A DNA stretch of 63,883 nt, the filler included, from Parasitella parasitica NRRL 2501 (taxonomy: Eukaryota; Fungi; Mucoromycota): the NCBI GenBank assembly GCA_025201805.1. It is 7 parts of 7 records of this genome, joined end to end, with 100 filler letters (N's around TTAATTAATTAA, not from the genome) between each part and the next. Parts side by side here need not be neighbours in the genome. Positions count along the whole stretch, not along the records: positions 1 to 4,116 come from MU619534.1; positions 4,217 to 29,284 come from MU619451.1; 5 more parts are not named here. One strand, given 5' to 3'. Shown piece by piece: positions 1 to 12,196 of this stretch; position 1 is the stretch's first letter, and the number at the start of each line of letters is the position of its first letter. The position numbers and the translations under genes were made by a program. Below the pieces are notes generated by a model. The model was given only the letters and a program-made list of their open reading frames with translations. It had not been told where the DNA came from and searched no databases.

Positions 1-854
1 ATTCAAATGGAATTGTATAAAGACTTTTAGAAACCAGGACCAGAGCAATCCTGGCTTCCTTTTCAATCTTTAATAAAGACCCTACGTTCTCCGTGATATA
101 ATCGCTTGTAGTCTCTTTATTTAATTGTCTTTGGAAATAATCGTTATTCATATAACTCTCAGTGTGAAGGAAAACACTCCTGATCAAAGTGCTTTCCCTT
201 ACACAATAGACATTCAGAATAAGAATAATAATGACAAAGATATCAATTATGGCAGCTCGTCATTCAATGAGTTTTTCCCATCATTCTAGATAAGGATATC
301 TTTAACAGAATAACTAAAGTATGACGATAGCCATCCTAACATGGCCAACCAATGTTACGCAAATCTCCATCCATGGTGAAAGCATTCAGCATAATCTGCT
401 TCTCTTTAAAACCTAAAATTAAACAACGACAAATTAACGCATTGACTCTAATGTGATGGAGTACAATTATCTAGTAGTAAGGCGGGTAGAACGATGTACT
501 GTGTTAATGGACGGTTGGTGTATCTAATTGTTGACATTGCTATCAGGGTTATTACTTACTATATAATATATGTAGATATTATTGGACAAGAAGTAATTGA
601 CAGCAATGCGGCGATGTTTATATGAACTATAAACTTATATGTAAACAACGATCGGTAGTGACAGATCAGGTTTGCAGTCATAAGGATGATTTACAGATAA
701 TAGATTTGCTAGTATATGAGAAATGTTTATGGTAATAAACTATAATAGCTATTACAGATATTTTCACTCGTGTTCCAATATCTGGTAAAGGTTGAACCTA
801 TTTATAACAATTGGATGTTTCATGTAAAATGAGACATCATGTAATGTGAATCAT

Positions 855-1270
855 TGTTGGATCAAAAAGATAATAAAATAACCAAAGGTTAACGAGATAC
901 GAAAACTAAAGATACTTTATTTAAGATCGAAATTGCATCTGCTATTTATACTTTTTACAACTACATAAATTTATGGTGACTTATTTAGATTACTAATTGA
1001 CAAGACTAATTCACAGTGACAATCTACTTGACAGGGTACGATATGAGGTTATACAGCAAGGGCTACACGTCTTTGATTTGACAGAGCCTTAAACTTTATC
1101 CTGGTGCTCAGATCTGTTGTGTTACTTACAGGAATAACCTTCTTGATTTGAAACAGAGACTTTATTCTCCAATTTACACAAGCGTATCACATCACATCAT
1201 TATTGGACAATCTTCAATCTTCAATTGAAGTACATTGCCATGATCTCCTATCTATAATTATGGCAGATCA
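855..1270 (-). mobile_element. Solo LTR, family A (416 bp), with 5-bp TSD ATCAT
   Basis: TG...CA ends (tgttgg...gatca), ATCAT at 850-854 and 1271-1275, TATAAA and AATAAA on the minus strand. Related copies at 27300-28220, 49168-49578 and 50129-50560. Confidence 0.9.
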
Positions 1271-1297
1271 ATCATTACATCTAGGATCAATGCTTCA

Positions 1298-1846
1298 TTC
1301 GCAAGAAAAGGGAAATAAACTTGACTCTAACTACATAATAGGCTTATACAAAGTAAAAAGGATCACAAAAGGAGGATCATATGTTCTAGAAAATGAAAAG
1401 GGACAATTAGAACCCAAGAACTTTGCTCCATCTTTACTTAAAGTGGTATCCGAAGATCCAATTATTCAATCGACACATGAATTTTATGATTGATGTATCA
1501 ATTCTAAAACCGGATGTCAATATAATATAAACTCATACTGAAGAGTAAAACATCAGATCATAAAATAATATGACATGACATTTGGGATAGATACAATCTA
1601 CCCTATCTCCCGGATCTCATCACTAAAACCTTTATCCTCACATCGCTTCCCTCAGTTCATAGAAAGTATATAAACCCTCTATTTTTGAATGTAATAAACG
1701 GATCTTTACCTGATTAATGTCTACTTGAACTTTTCTGATAAATCAATGATGTTGAAGCAATAGTAGCTCACAAAAAAGAGAATGGAAAATATCTATATAA
1801 TGTAAAATGGAAAGTTGACCATGATGAATACACATGGGAACCGCAG
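1298..1846 (+). pseudogene. Ty3/Gypsy (chromovirus) integrase C-terminus plus chromodomain, interrupted by LTR insertions
   Basis: GPY/F-like IGLYKVKRITKGGSYVL...FAPSLLK. After removing the 1491-1745 insertion it reads EFYDVEAIVAHKKENGKYLYNVKWK...YTWEP, a chromodomain signature. Confidence 0.8.
1491..1745 (+). mobile_element. Solo LTR, family B (255 bp), with 5-bp TSD ATGAT
   Basis: TG...CA, ATGAT at 1486-1490 and 1746-1750, internal TATATAAA and AATAAA. Inverted copy at 45454-45715. Confidence 0.9.
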
Positions 1847-2071
1847 TGTTATAATATCAATAACATGGCAAGGTCTCACATCAGGATCTCAGATCAGTCC
1901 CAGGGTCTTACAGTAAATCATGGGTAGTCATGATTTACATTATGCAGCTAGACAGTAGAACCCTAGTGTAATGAATGTGTATATAATACATTGAGAGATG
2001 TATTATGAATAAAGGTGTAATTCTTTGGCAGATTTATTTTATCAGACTTTTGACATAACATATGCGTGACA
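1847..2071. mobile_element. Probable further LTR inserted in the chromodomain, truncated by a gap
   Basis: The chromodomain frame stops abruptly after TWEP at a TGTTA start; AT-rich non-coding sequence runs into the N gap. Confidence 0.4.
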
Positions 2072-3046
2072 NNNNNNNNNNNNNNNNNNNNNNNNNNNNN
2101 NNNNNNNNNNNNNNNNNNNNNNNNNNNNNNNNNNNNNNNNNNNNNNNNNNNNNNNNNNNNNNNNNNNNNNNNNNNNNNNNNNNNNNNNNNNNNNNNNNNN
2201 NNNNNNNNNNNNNNNNNNNNNNNNNNNNNNNNNNNNNNNNNNNNNNNNNNNNNNNNNNNNNNNNNNNNNNNNNNNNNNNNNNNNNNNNNNNNNNNNNNNN
2301 NNNNNNNNNNNNNNNNNNNNNNNNNNNNNNNNNNNNNNNNNNNNNNNNNNNNNNNNNNNNNNNNNNNNNNNNNNNNNNNNNNNNNNNNNNNNNNNNNNNN
2401 NNNNNNNNNNNNNNNNNNNNNNNNNNNNNNNNNNNNNNNNNNNNNNNNNNNNNNNNNNNNNNNNNNNNNNNNNNNNNNNNNNNNNNNNNNNNNNNNNNNN
2501 NNNNNNNNNNNNNNNNNNNNNNNNNNNNNNNNNNNNNNNNNNNNNNNNNNNNNNNNNNNNNNNNNNNNNNNNNNNNNNNNNNNNNNNNNNNNNNNNNNNN
2601 NNNNNNNNNNNNNNNNNNNNNNNNNNNNNNNNNNNNNNNNNNNNNNNNNNNNNNNNNNNNNNNNNNNNNNNNNNNNNNNNNNNNNNNNNNNNNNNNNNNN
2701 NNNNNNNNNNNNNNNNNNNNNNNNNNNNNNNNNNNNNNNNNNNNNNNNNNNNNNNNNNNNNNNNNNNNNNNNNNNNNNNNNNNNNNNNNNNNNNNNNNNN
2801 NNNNNNNNNNNNNNNNNNNNNNNNNNNNNNNNNNNNNNNNNNNNNNNNNNNNNNNNNNNNNNNNNNNNNNNNNNNNNNNNNNNNNNNNNNNNNNNNNNNN
2901 NNNNNNNNNNNNNNNNNNNNNNNNNNNNNNNNNNNNNNNNNNNNNNNNNNNNNNNNNNNNNNNNNNNNNNNNNNNNNNNNNNNNNNNNNNNNNNNNNNNN
3001 NNNNNNNNNNNNNNNNNNNNNNNNNNNNNNNNNNNNNNNNNNNNNN

Positions 3047-3250
3047 TTTTTTTCCGTGAATCCATATAACAATTTATACCGATTCCACAGATAGCTTTGA
3101 TTTTCCTTGTGTCCATTGAAACACTATTTCTTCCAATATGAATTCCCAAAAAATCTACTTCGGTTTTGTCAAACTCGCACTTTTCAGCTTTTATGTATAG
3201 CTCTGCATCTAAGAGTTCTTTCAAAATAGACAATTATCTTTGGATCTCAA
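3047..3250 (-). pseudogene. Ty3/Gypsy reverse transcriptase fragment
   Basis: LYIKAEKCEFDKTEVDFLGIHIGRNSVSMDTRKIKAI matches the RT domain 6-7 pattern (KC.F....V.FLG). Confidence 0.8.
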
Positions 3251-3704
3251 ATGTGTCATCTTCATTGCCTCAAAGACTCTTATAGGGTAAAGTCTTTTCC
3301 AATTCATCCAAAATTTATGACCCCCTATGCCTTCTCACGAGGTGATATGTGGTATGTTTATACACCCACGACCAACCGATTCGGTACCCAAGATTTCGAG
3401 ATCACCCGGTTCAAGAACCCAGGTATCTCCTCCCGCGTTGACCACGACAGTCGTCTCATTTATCTCGATGATGAGATGTATTGTCGCGTCACACCATGGC
3501 GAAAGAAAGCGTTAAATTTAACAGTCGAGCTAATCGCTAACGTTGCATTTACCAGTCTAGCGTTAAATCAAGCTCCAGAGATAATTTAACCGTTAAGCGA
3601 TAAACTAAACGTGAGAGCTTAGGGTAACGGGTTAGCGATAAATGCAACGATGGTATTTAAACAAGCTATAAAGCGCTAGATTTAACGATATCATTAAAAA
3701 GGAT

Positions 3705-3818
3705 CTACAACGATGGATTTAGCGATAGTATTAAAACAAGCTCTACGGCGATGGATTTAGCGATAGCATTTAAACAAGCTCTACGGCGATGGATTTAGCG
3801 ACAGCATTAAAACAAGCT
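3705..3818. repeat. ~38-bp tandem repeat, about 3 copies, with degenerate copies upstream
   Basis: Unit ctacggcgatggatttagcgatagcattaaaacaagct repeated head to tail. Confidence 0.85.
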
Positions 3819-4114
3819 TGATGTGTCAATTTCCCAACCGGAAGTCAAACTCAAGTAAACTCAATCCTGAACACAATTCAGGAACATATCCCAATGGATC
3901 ATGTTCCTTATTTATAACTCAACATGACATGTTCATGGATAATAGATACGATCTATATCGTTCCATTCTCTAAATCACACCATGTCTCACACTTGTATCT
4001 TATCCTCCCATCAGTCCACTTAGATTCACTAGTATATAAACCATCATTTTTCCATGTAATAAACGAGATCTTTACCTGATTAATTCACAACCGTTTTATT
4101 TGAATAATTTCTCA
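3819..4114 (+). mobile_element. LTR, family C (related to family B)
   Basis: TG...CA. Shares accgga.gtcaa, gtatataaacc and tgtaataaacg.gatctttacctgattaat with family B. Truncated second copy at 58238-58440. Confidence 0.75.
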
Positions 4115-4262
4115 TTNNNNNNNNNNNNNNNNNNNNNNNNNNNNNNNNNNNNNNNNNNNNTTAATTAATTAANNNNNNNNNNNNNNNNNNNNNNNNNNNN
4201 NNNNNNNNNNNNNNNNTAAAAAAAAAAAAAAAAAAAAATAGTGCAAGCAGAGTGTTTCTTTA

Positions 4263-6146
4263 TTAACTGTGGTATATGGGCTCAAAACAAGACACAGTAG
4301 GGCGAACATGGGGCTTGTAGAGATCCCAGATGCTTTCACAATCGTGATCTTCCACTTTCAGAAGCGAATTCAACATTTGGTCCTATATATTTATAAACAA
4401 CATGTCAGTAATTTAGCTACGAACTTACTTTCAAGAAATCATTTCATATTTACCTTGAATTTATTGATGACTTCTAATGCAATATCCATATGTACATAAG
4501 TGTGATATGTAGTAGGCAAAGTGAAGGATTGTTCCTCATGATACATGTATACACCGTTTTCAAGATCCATTTGCATCTGCAGTAATATGACCATTGTACC
4601 TTGCACGAGAATACCAAATGTCACTGCTTCATACTCTTTTTTGGCACGGCAGAGGCGTAGATGCAATTGACGTTTCATCATTTCCAATACACGCATTTTG
4701 TCTTTGTCAAGTAGGGCTTGGGAAGCTCCCGGCTTCTTCACTTCTCCACAACCTATTTCCACAACCTCTTCTTGCTGCTGAAAATAGAAAATGATGTCAG
4801 GACGTAAACTCTCAATTTCAATATCATCTTGCTGTTTGAAGACCCAAGAAGTGTTGTCAAACTCAACTTGGACTTGATCGTGAGCAGAGAACAACGGACA
4901 CAAAAAGGTAGACACAGATAATGCAACTTGGCTTAGTTCCGATCCTTTGCATTTAACTCTTGGTTTACCATGCAGTAAATAAGTGGAGGTGATGATGTTA
5001 TCGAAAGCCATTTGCTTCAAGGTTGTGTATGGATGTGGTTGAATATACAGTGTCCGTCTTTGCATAGCTCGTTTAAAGGCGTGAATATTTTTGTAGATGT
5101 TCTCCGGCAAACCATTACTATCATTATCATCACCATCGCTCAACAAGAAAGGGCCATCAGTCTTAAAAATGGTAGAGGCATGCAAACGGGTTAGACAATC
5201 TGTAGGGAACAATTGGCTTTCATCACATTTTTCCTTTGCACTAGCTACCAAGGCAGCAAATTGAGAATTGCGAATGGGTAGAGGAGTATGGGAAAAATCT
5301 CCAAGCTCGCATATCTCAATTCTGCAAGTATAGCCAACTGGTGTATCCATTAGATCAGATGGAAAGAACGAAGATGGTGAAGAAGTGGTATTACTGTTGG
5401 TATCCTGTATGCCATGAAAGAAAAATTAGCAGAGAAGCTTCAACAAAATATGGCACTGTACTTACATGATCAGAAATTATTTCAGAAGATACAAAGTTTT
5501 TGTCTGTGGCAGATCTGCAATTTCTTTTTCCTCGCGTTAAGGTAGAGGGTTGCTCAGATGTTGGAATTGAAGGTTGTTCAGGTGTTTGTTCCCTGGAGCG
5601 TTTCTATGCATCAACATAAATGTATGTCAGATAAGCGTTGCAAACAATATGGAACCATTAATATTGGTTACCTGGCCGGATGAACCTTTATCCTGCGTTA
5701 TTATACTCTGTTTATTATCCTATGCGAAATCAATTACTACCACAATGTGAACGTCTGTCCTGGAATCTAACTCACTTGTACAATGTTCAATTGCTCGATA
5801 GTGTTGTCTGAAATGTAGTTATTGTAGATGTTTGATTGAGGACTGCCGTTGCTACTTTGAGATGTTTTTTGAATTAATCCAATCAGTTCTGCATCCTATT
5901 CGAAATAACTATTAGTAGCAGTTGTAACATCTCAAGTAACCGTAGTAGACTTACTTTGTACGATGTCTTTAAACGTCTAGCCGCTTGGTCTTGCTGTTTT
6001 TGGAGCATTTTAACATCGTTGATATATTCCTGCAAGATCGCACGCACTGAAGCTAACGAATCTTTAGGCCAGTTTTCATGTGTCATCTTGAAATAATTCT
6101 CAAAGCTTGCATCGTTTTGACTTTTAAAGAACTCTGAAGTGTTCAT
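4263..6146 (-). CDS. Multi-exon protein with a C-terminal PD-(D/E)XK (restriction-endonuclease-like) domain
   Basis: ORFs 5883-6146 and 4439-5350 joined by GT-AG introns; last exon DQMLNSLL...PIYHS*. Motif LRPDII...EIGCGEVKK followed by TFGILVQG. Confidence 0.6.
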
Positions 6147-6314
6147 TATTAAATAAAGACGTATTTAAAGAAGGGGGTTTTCAGCTTTTTTTTTTTCGAG
6201 TGTGAACACTTACCTTCGTTGACTCTACTCCGACTTCCAATGTTATACTGGCTTTTTTTAATATCATAGACTTACATCAACAACCACAACCGTTCTTCCC
6301 ATCATTAGTTCCCA

Positions 6315-7320
6315 TTGCTTTTTCCTGTTGCACACCAGCAGTTCGCAAGAAAACGACGAGTAAATATTTTTGATTTGATGTATAAATCTGTCGACGTGCT
6401 CCCAAGAAACTATGACAACGTAGTGATCAATCTGCCCACTAGTCCTACGCTCCCTCTATCAACCGTCATATATTCCAGCCATCAAAGTGGTGTCAAACGG
6501 CCCAAGAAAATCCATTCAATGACTGTTGCGGACAAGTACGTCCAACCCGCCATTTCCTACACTGGAAGAATCCCTCAGATCCTTCACTTACCGTGTGGAA
6601 CAAGGCACCTAGACAATTGATTCAGGGCATTTCCACTGGCTCCTACCGGCTACAACCTTTCTTTCTCCCTTTGTGTACTCCCTCTGCTTCTCCTCCTCCA
6701 CCACCCTCCAGTCCTTCATTGCGCCCATTTTTTGCTTGCCTCACAATTGACAATGATCTCGCAATGATTCCAATTGGATGTAGCTCCAAATCGTTTCAGC
6801 AGGCATGCTTTTCTGCTTCAGTTGTTCCAAAGCAGTTGGCTGCCATTCCCTCTTCTCGATAGTCCTTCTTCTGGTCTCTCTTTTGGACCATGATAAAAAT
6901 AAATGTCGTCTATCGGTTTATCAACTGTTGTATCCCACATCAAATTCCTGTTGCATCGCATTTTTCCCTCTGTCTACTTGTGCCCAATATGCGCGGTGTG
7001 CTCATTCCATCAACCACTTCCTCTTTGAATACCCGGCCAAGGCAGAGGTTTGGCAGGACGCCATCTTCGAGTTCCTCTGGCCCACGGTGACCATCGATGA
7101 TATCCGCCATTCCTTCCTCACTCTCGATTTCTCTAAAATTTGATATAGTCAACGGCCACGTGCCTCTTTCCAACACATAGTCATCAATGCTAACATTTAG
7201 AAGGCTCATTATCGTCTTATCTTCAACCAAACTCCCTTTGCTTCCGTCGCTGTGCTGAATAGTATCCGACTCGACATCCAAAAGATAATCGATGAAGACA
7301 TCATTCATGACAGCCTATAA
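6315..7320 (+). pseudogene. Degenerate L1-like LINE ORF2 C-terminal fragment (zf-RVT region)
   Basis: C..C..SINHFLFEYPAKAEVW resembles the LINE C-terminal CCHC zinc region; broken by stops and frameshifts. Confidence 0.6.
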
Positions 7321-7499
7321 TTTTCCTTCTTTTTGCATTTTAAATAGTATACCATATATTTGTCTCAATTTGTAATATAACAGAAAATCGCGCCCGCCGC
7401 TTGATTACAGTCATGCTAACTATACCGTATTTTACGCGGAGCAAGTAATAAAAACCTTTAAGAAAAATATAATAAATTTGTTTCCTTTCTTCCCTATAT

Positions 7500-8230
7500 C
7501 TTTCTAAGCCGCACATCGACCGATAATCCCGTAAATGATGTACAGAGAAAATACACCGAACAAGAAGTATTTGAATTACTTGGACGTTTTAAGATTGAGG
7601 AACAAGTAACAGCTCAACGAATTAGAAAAGAACGAGAATTACCATTGGAAATCATTCCCACTTTGGACGAAGTTACGAAGCAACAACATCAAGAAAATTT
7701 TAAACGTTACAAACGAGAAATTAGTAAATACCATTATGAATATTGAACTGTGGCAGAAGAGATCAGCAAATATTTCCTACCCAAACTCAAACAGTTTACA
7801 GTTGAGAATACCCAAGTCGTCACCGCACACTACAAAGAAGCAGAGAATAGCCTTTTACACGGGAGAGCAGCAGCCGAAATTTTTGAACAGCTCCTTACCA
7901 TCAGATCAGGAGAACTTTCAGCAGACAAAGCCAACCGACTTTTGGATGAAGCCAGGAGGTTTGCAATTCATGCCTTGGTTTAAGATAAACAACATGACGA
8001 AGATGTAAAAGAATACGACATTAGGGCACTTAGATTACCCCCCCAAGTCTTAAACACTTGGAAGCCAAGGAATTAAGAAATAAACGCGAAGCTTTTAGCG
8101 AAAAGTTTATTGAAAAGTGCAATGAAGCTAACTACCAGCTTCGAGTAGTCAGAGCAGCCATAACCAGTACACCAGGTGAAAGAGGTTGTGGAGAAAATCA
8201 AACGACTTCATCACTCTGGCAACGTTGGTA
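7500..8230 (+). pseudogene. Degenerate retroelement ORF1/gag-like remnant, probably DIRS-type
   Basis: Stop-interrupted frame ELPLEII...FLPKLKQF...GRAAAEIFEQL...ARRFA...ALRLP. Family assignment is from recalled similarity, not a search. Confidence 0.4.
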
Positions 8231-8372
8231 CAACAGTGGGATCAAGTATGTTATAAGAAAAAATAATAGAGGCCATTGACTAATAATATATATTTTGTAT
8301 GATGATGAATTTATATGCATTGAATGCCTGTGAAAAACAGAATAACTACCCAAGGTATTGGCATCGCCAAAA

Positions 8373-8808
8373 AACGGACTAGGCGGCGTGGCTATCTTTT
8401 TAGCTGCAACGTGACACCCTTCCACCTCCATAGCTGAAGGATTTAAGGAAGGCTATGGACCTGGTCGTCCGTAATAATTCCAGGAGCTTGATGGCTATCC
8501 TTGCCTTGACACCCCTCTGCCCTCGATTGTGTGGTGCTGTACTATTACGGTGCTGCCTCTTGACCGCTGCAAATGGAATTATGAGATGCCAGATGAAGAA
8601 CGGACTAGGCGGCGTGGCTATCTTTTTAGCTGCAACGTGACACCCTTCCACCTCCATAGCTGAAGGATTTAAGGAAGGCTATGGACCTGGTCGTCCGTAA
8701 TAATTCCAGGAGCTTGATGGCTATCCTTGCCTTGACACCCCTCTGCCCTCGATTGTGTGGTGCTGTACTATTACGGTGCTGCCTCTTGACCGCTGCAAAT
8801 GGAATTAT
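8373..8808. repeat. Tandem duplication: two identical 210-bp units, period 226 bp
   Basis: 8373-8582 equals 8599-8808, with a 16-bp spacer. Confidence 0.95.
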
Positions 8809-8809
8809 T

Positions 8810-10950
8810 TTTGCTTCATCATCAGACTGGGATGCTTCAAGCTTAAACTAAACCATAGTTGGAGAAAGACCAGCAATTGCAATAAACTTCAACATGGCCC
8901 TGTGCATGGCAACATCTGAATACTTCTTTGATCTGACTTACTAAAAGCTCGGACGCAGACTGTCTTGGTTCGATAAACTATCTCGTTTATTTTGCTATAA
9001 ATCTCAAACGGTTTCTACAATCTAAAAAAAAAGCCAATCTTGGATAGTTTACACGCTGCACATTAATTTGAGACAACCAAAGTCTATAATAAAACTTTTC
9101 AATTAAAAGGACTAGCATGAATAAATGATCTTTACATCATTTGTGTTTACTAGAGTTATATAAAGGATAAACTGCGTATATTTGAGACATACACCCAATA
9201 ATGCTAATATCAACAACTTTATACTATGAACTTTGACTTTAGCTGGCTCATCGGCCCTTGGCTAAGCTCTACTACGCATCATTTGTGTGTGTAAAGCAGC
9301 TTCATCTTCACTTTGTTCCTTCCACTTGCTGTCAAAAAGACAACGACTACTCTCCCAAACCCTCTCAGCATTATGTTTTGGAGGCTTGTTTAAAACTAAA
9401 AAAAAGGGTCGCACCCTCAAGTGCCTCCATGATGCAGCAAAATGGTGAAGCCTTCAAAATATCCAGTAAGCTCTTCCAGTGTTATTCCCAATGAAGATGA
9501 AGGATGCTCATTGAAGTAAAAAATGAGAAAACAAATATCCTCAAGAAATATCTTTTTTGGTGTTCCTTAGTTCAACTTCTTCTTTGAAGACCCTTCCTTG
9601 GTAAAACAGTACCATTACCCAGCGTTAAAGTCAGAAAATAGTTGTACACTGAACTACGGTTATTCATACATCTTTAGGCAGCCACAACAAGTGAAATCCC
9701 TGCTTTAACGAAGCGGCGAATTTGCTCAGGGCCGCACTTGGTCTTTTTGTCTTTTAAAATAGAAACAACACTTAATTTATTGAGAATGTCCTCGACATCT
9801 TCATGCTCTCCTTCATTCGAATGTCATGAGCAGGCTATGAAAACCTGCTAATGTGTTGTTGCCTCCGTACTCGAAAACTAGTTCCATGCTGTCAGTTTCA
9901 GTTCACGAATAATAGTCCTTTAATTTTTTGTAGCTTTGTAAAGGGAATCAAATATGAATGACAGGAGGAAAAGATGCTACTAGGTTTAATTCACAGCGCT
10001 CAACTATATTTTAATTAATAGAATCATAATGTTTTATAGTCATCGCAACACTTCATTTGATTTGTAGTTAAAGTTAGCTTAACGCAATTTATATAATCTG
10101 ATGTTTGGGATGAAAGCAAAGGTCATAAAGATCACTAAACCAAACGTCAGCACATGCATCACCAATTCCAGAAGATAATGTCTCTTCTTTCATCAAACGA
10201 CAGTGGTTCGATTTTCCTTTCACTAAAACCCAGTACTGTTCAGTAGGATTTAACTCGGGCGAGTAAAAGTGGGGGGACAGACGGTAATCTGCATAATATT
10301 CCTCAAATGATGATTAAGCTGTAACTTTGATATAGAAAAGTCCTGGAATTCTTTACTTCATTTTTCTATAATTTCATCAGCAAAGAGCCAAGAATCATCA
10401 TGTATCATATTCTTAATATGGTCTTCATTTTTCGCAGTGAAAGATTTTTTATAAGGTACTTCTCCCATCTTTTGTATGTTTTCCGCCATCTTCCTGCAGT
10501 AAGTGGGTTAATCAAGAGCTCTTTGGAAATTTTAGTGATATTTCCTTTCTCTTCAGGGTTTCCAATCAGTGTATCAAAAAAAAACCCCTCTCTTGCTTGT
10601 CTGTAATGTAAACTGCTAACTTGGCAGACTTATCGTCTAAAGTTTGCGTTTCTTTAGCTTCTTTCATTACAATATTTTCTATGGCAGGTTGATTAGCTAA
10701 ATGACTCTTGTTATTGTTTCAAGTACAACGTTTGGATCTGTTATTTCTATCAAGACATCTCCCATGAGATCATAAACTCTTTCACCATGCTCATCGAAAA
10801 GGCTATCCATTCCATCTTCGAAATAAAAAGTATTGTCATTGTAGAGATCTCAGTTAATTGCTTGCCCCAGACTACTTTTAATTTTATTAATACCAATCAA
10901 TTCTTTTGTATACGACGCTCTGACAGCACTAGGTCTATATTACCTTAATA
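8810..10950 (-). pseudogene. Decayed coding remnant; the 5' part resembles a Tc1/IS630-type transposase N-terminus (HTH)
   Basis: Fragments FYFEDGMDSLFDEHGE and ELLINPLTAGRWRKTY on the minus strand; many stops. Confidence 0.35.
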
Positions 10951-11050
10951 AGGTAAGAAGTTCGGCAGAAAATCGATTTATTTTTATAAGCACAAATTGC
11001 ATGATTGTCATACACGAAATCAAATATTTATATTTTTTTTACTTGGTTAA

Positions 11051-12152
11051 TTAAAAGAATGAAGTATTAGGGTTATTGAACGTGGCAAACTGTTGCTGTT
11101 GTTGCTGTTGTTGCTGCTTCTGCTCCTGCATCATTTCTAATAGACTCTTTTGTCCTTGACGGTCGTTTGAAGGTGTCGTGTTGGCTTGTCCGAACGGGTT
11201 TCGGCTATTTTGTTGTGCAAAAGGCTAGAGTTGAAGAATTAGCAATGATCAAGTACAACAAATCAAGACACGCATGCATACCTGAGGTGACGATGAACTG
11301 CCATCAGTGATACTTAGGATATCATTGTTCTTGGGCTGGAATGGCAATGAATTGGCAAAACCTGTACCTCTACGGCAAATTGATAAATCCACCTGAAAGT
11401 GATTTTTTAAATCTCTAACTTACTGTGGGATACGAAGATTTCCTCGATTGCCAAAACTGTCAAGACCATCACTATAAAATGAACCGATAAATTAAACTGA
11501 ACCCCCCTCTACTTGTGATCAAACGTAAGCCAACTTACTCATTATTAGCTAATAAAGCATTCAATTTTGAATATTTGGAATCCTGCTGTGTAGGCTCAAG
11601 TGAGTTGTTGACGGTGGCGTTATGAGACATGTATGGCGACGATGAATTGAATACGCTCGTAGTTGTAGTTGTTTCTGTAAAAGCTGTAGGCGATGAAGTA
11701 GCGACTTTAAGGTTGAATGCATTTGAACCAAAATTAGGTGTATTGGAGCCTAATACAGGCGAAGCGTGCTGTGTTTGTTGAGGTTGAGGAGGATCACGAT
11801 TACCAAACACTAAATCACTGTAATCATGCTCTACATTAACTTGTTGTTGAGGCACCTGTTGACTAAGTTGAGAAAAGGGGTTGGTGCCAGTAACCATATT
11901 CGTTTGGAAGGGAGGCGATTGCTGGGGGAATCCAGTCATTTGAGCTTGAAGACCGTTTGAGCCAGTGGCCATATTTATTTGGAAGGCAGGCTGCTGTTGA
12001 GGGAATCCAGTCATTTGAGCTTGAAGACCGTTTGTGTTGAATTGGTTTGCTTGAGGATAGGGGTGTGGCGCCTGCTGCTGTTGGTAAGGGTTATTTTGAT
12101 AAGGCTCTGAAAATTGCATAGCAGATTGTGTCCAATCCAATTGCAAAGCTGC

Positions 12153-12196
<44 letters not shown>

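Noticed and set aside
1963-3233. Long ORFs full of X (also at 27254-28087)
   Set aside because: Artefacts of translating through N gaps.
3705-3818. CRISPR-like repeat array
   Set aside because: Units are contiguous with no unique spacers, there are no cas genes, and the context is eukaryotic.
4161-4172. Recurrent TTAATTAATTAA palindrome (also 29329, 44735, 53413, 57907, 61831)
   Set aside because: Always centred in a 100-nt N block; an artificial contig linker with stops in all frames.
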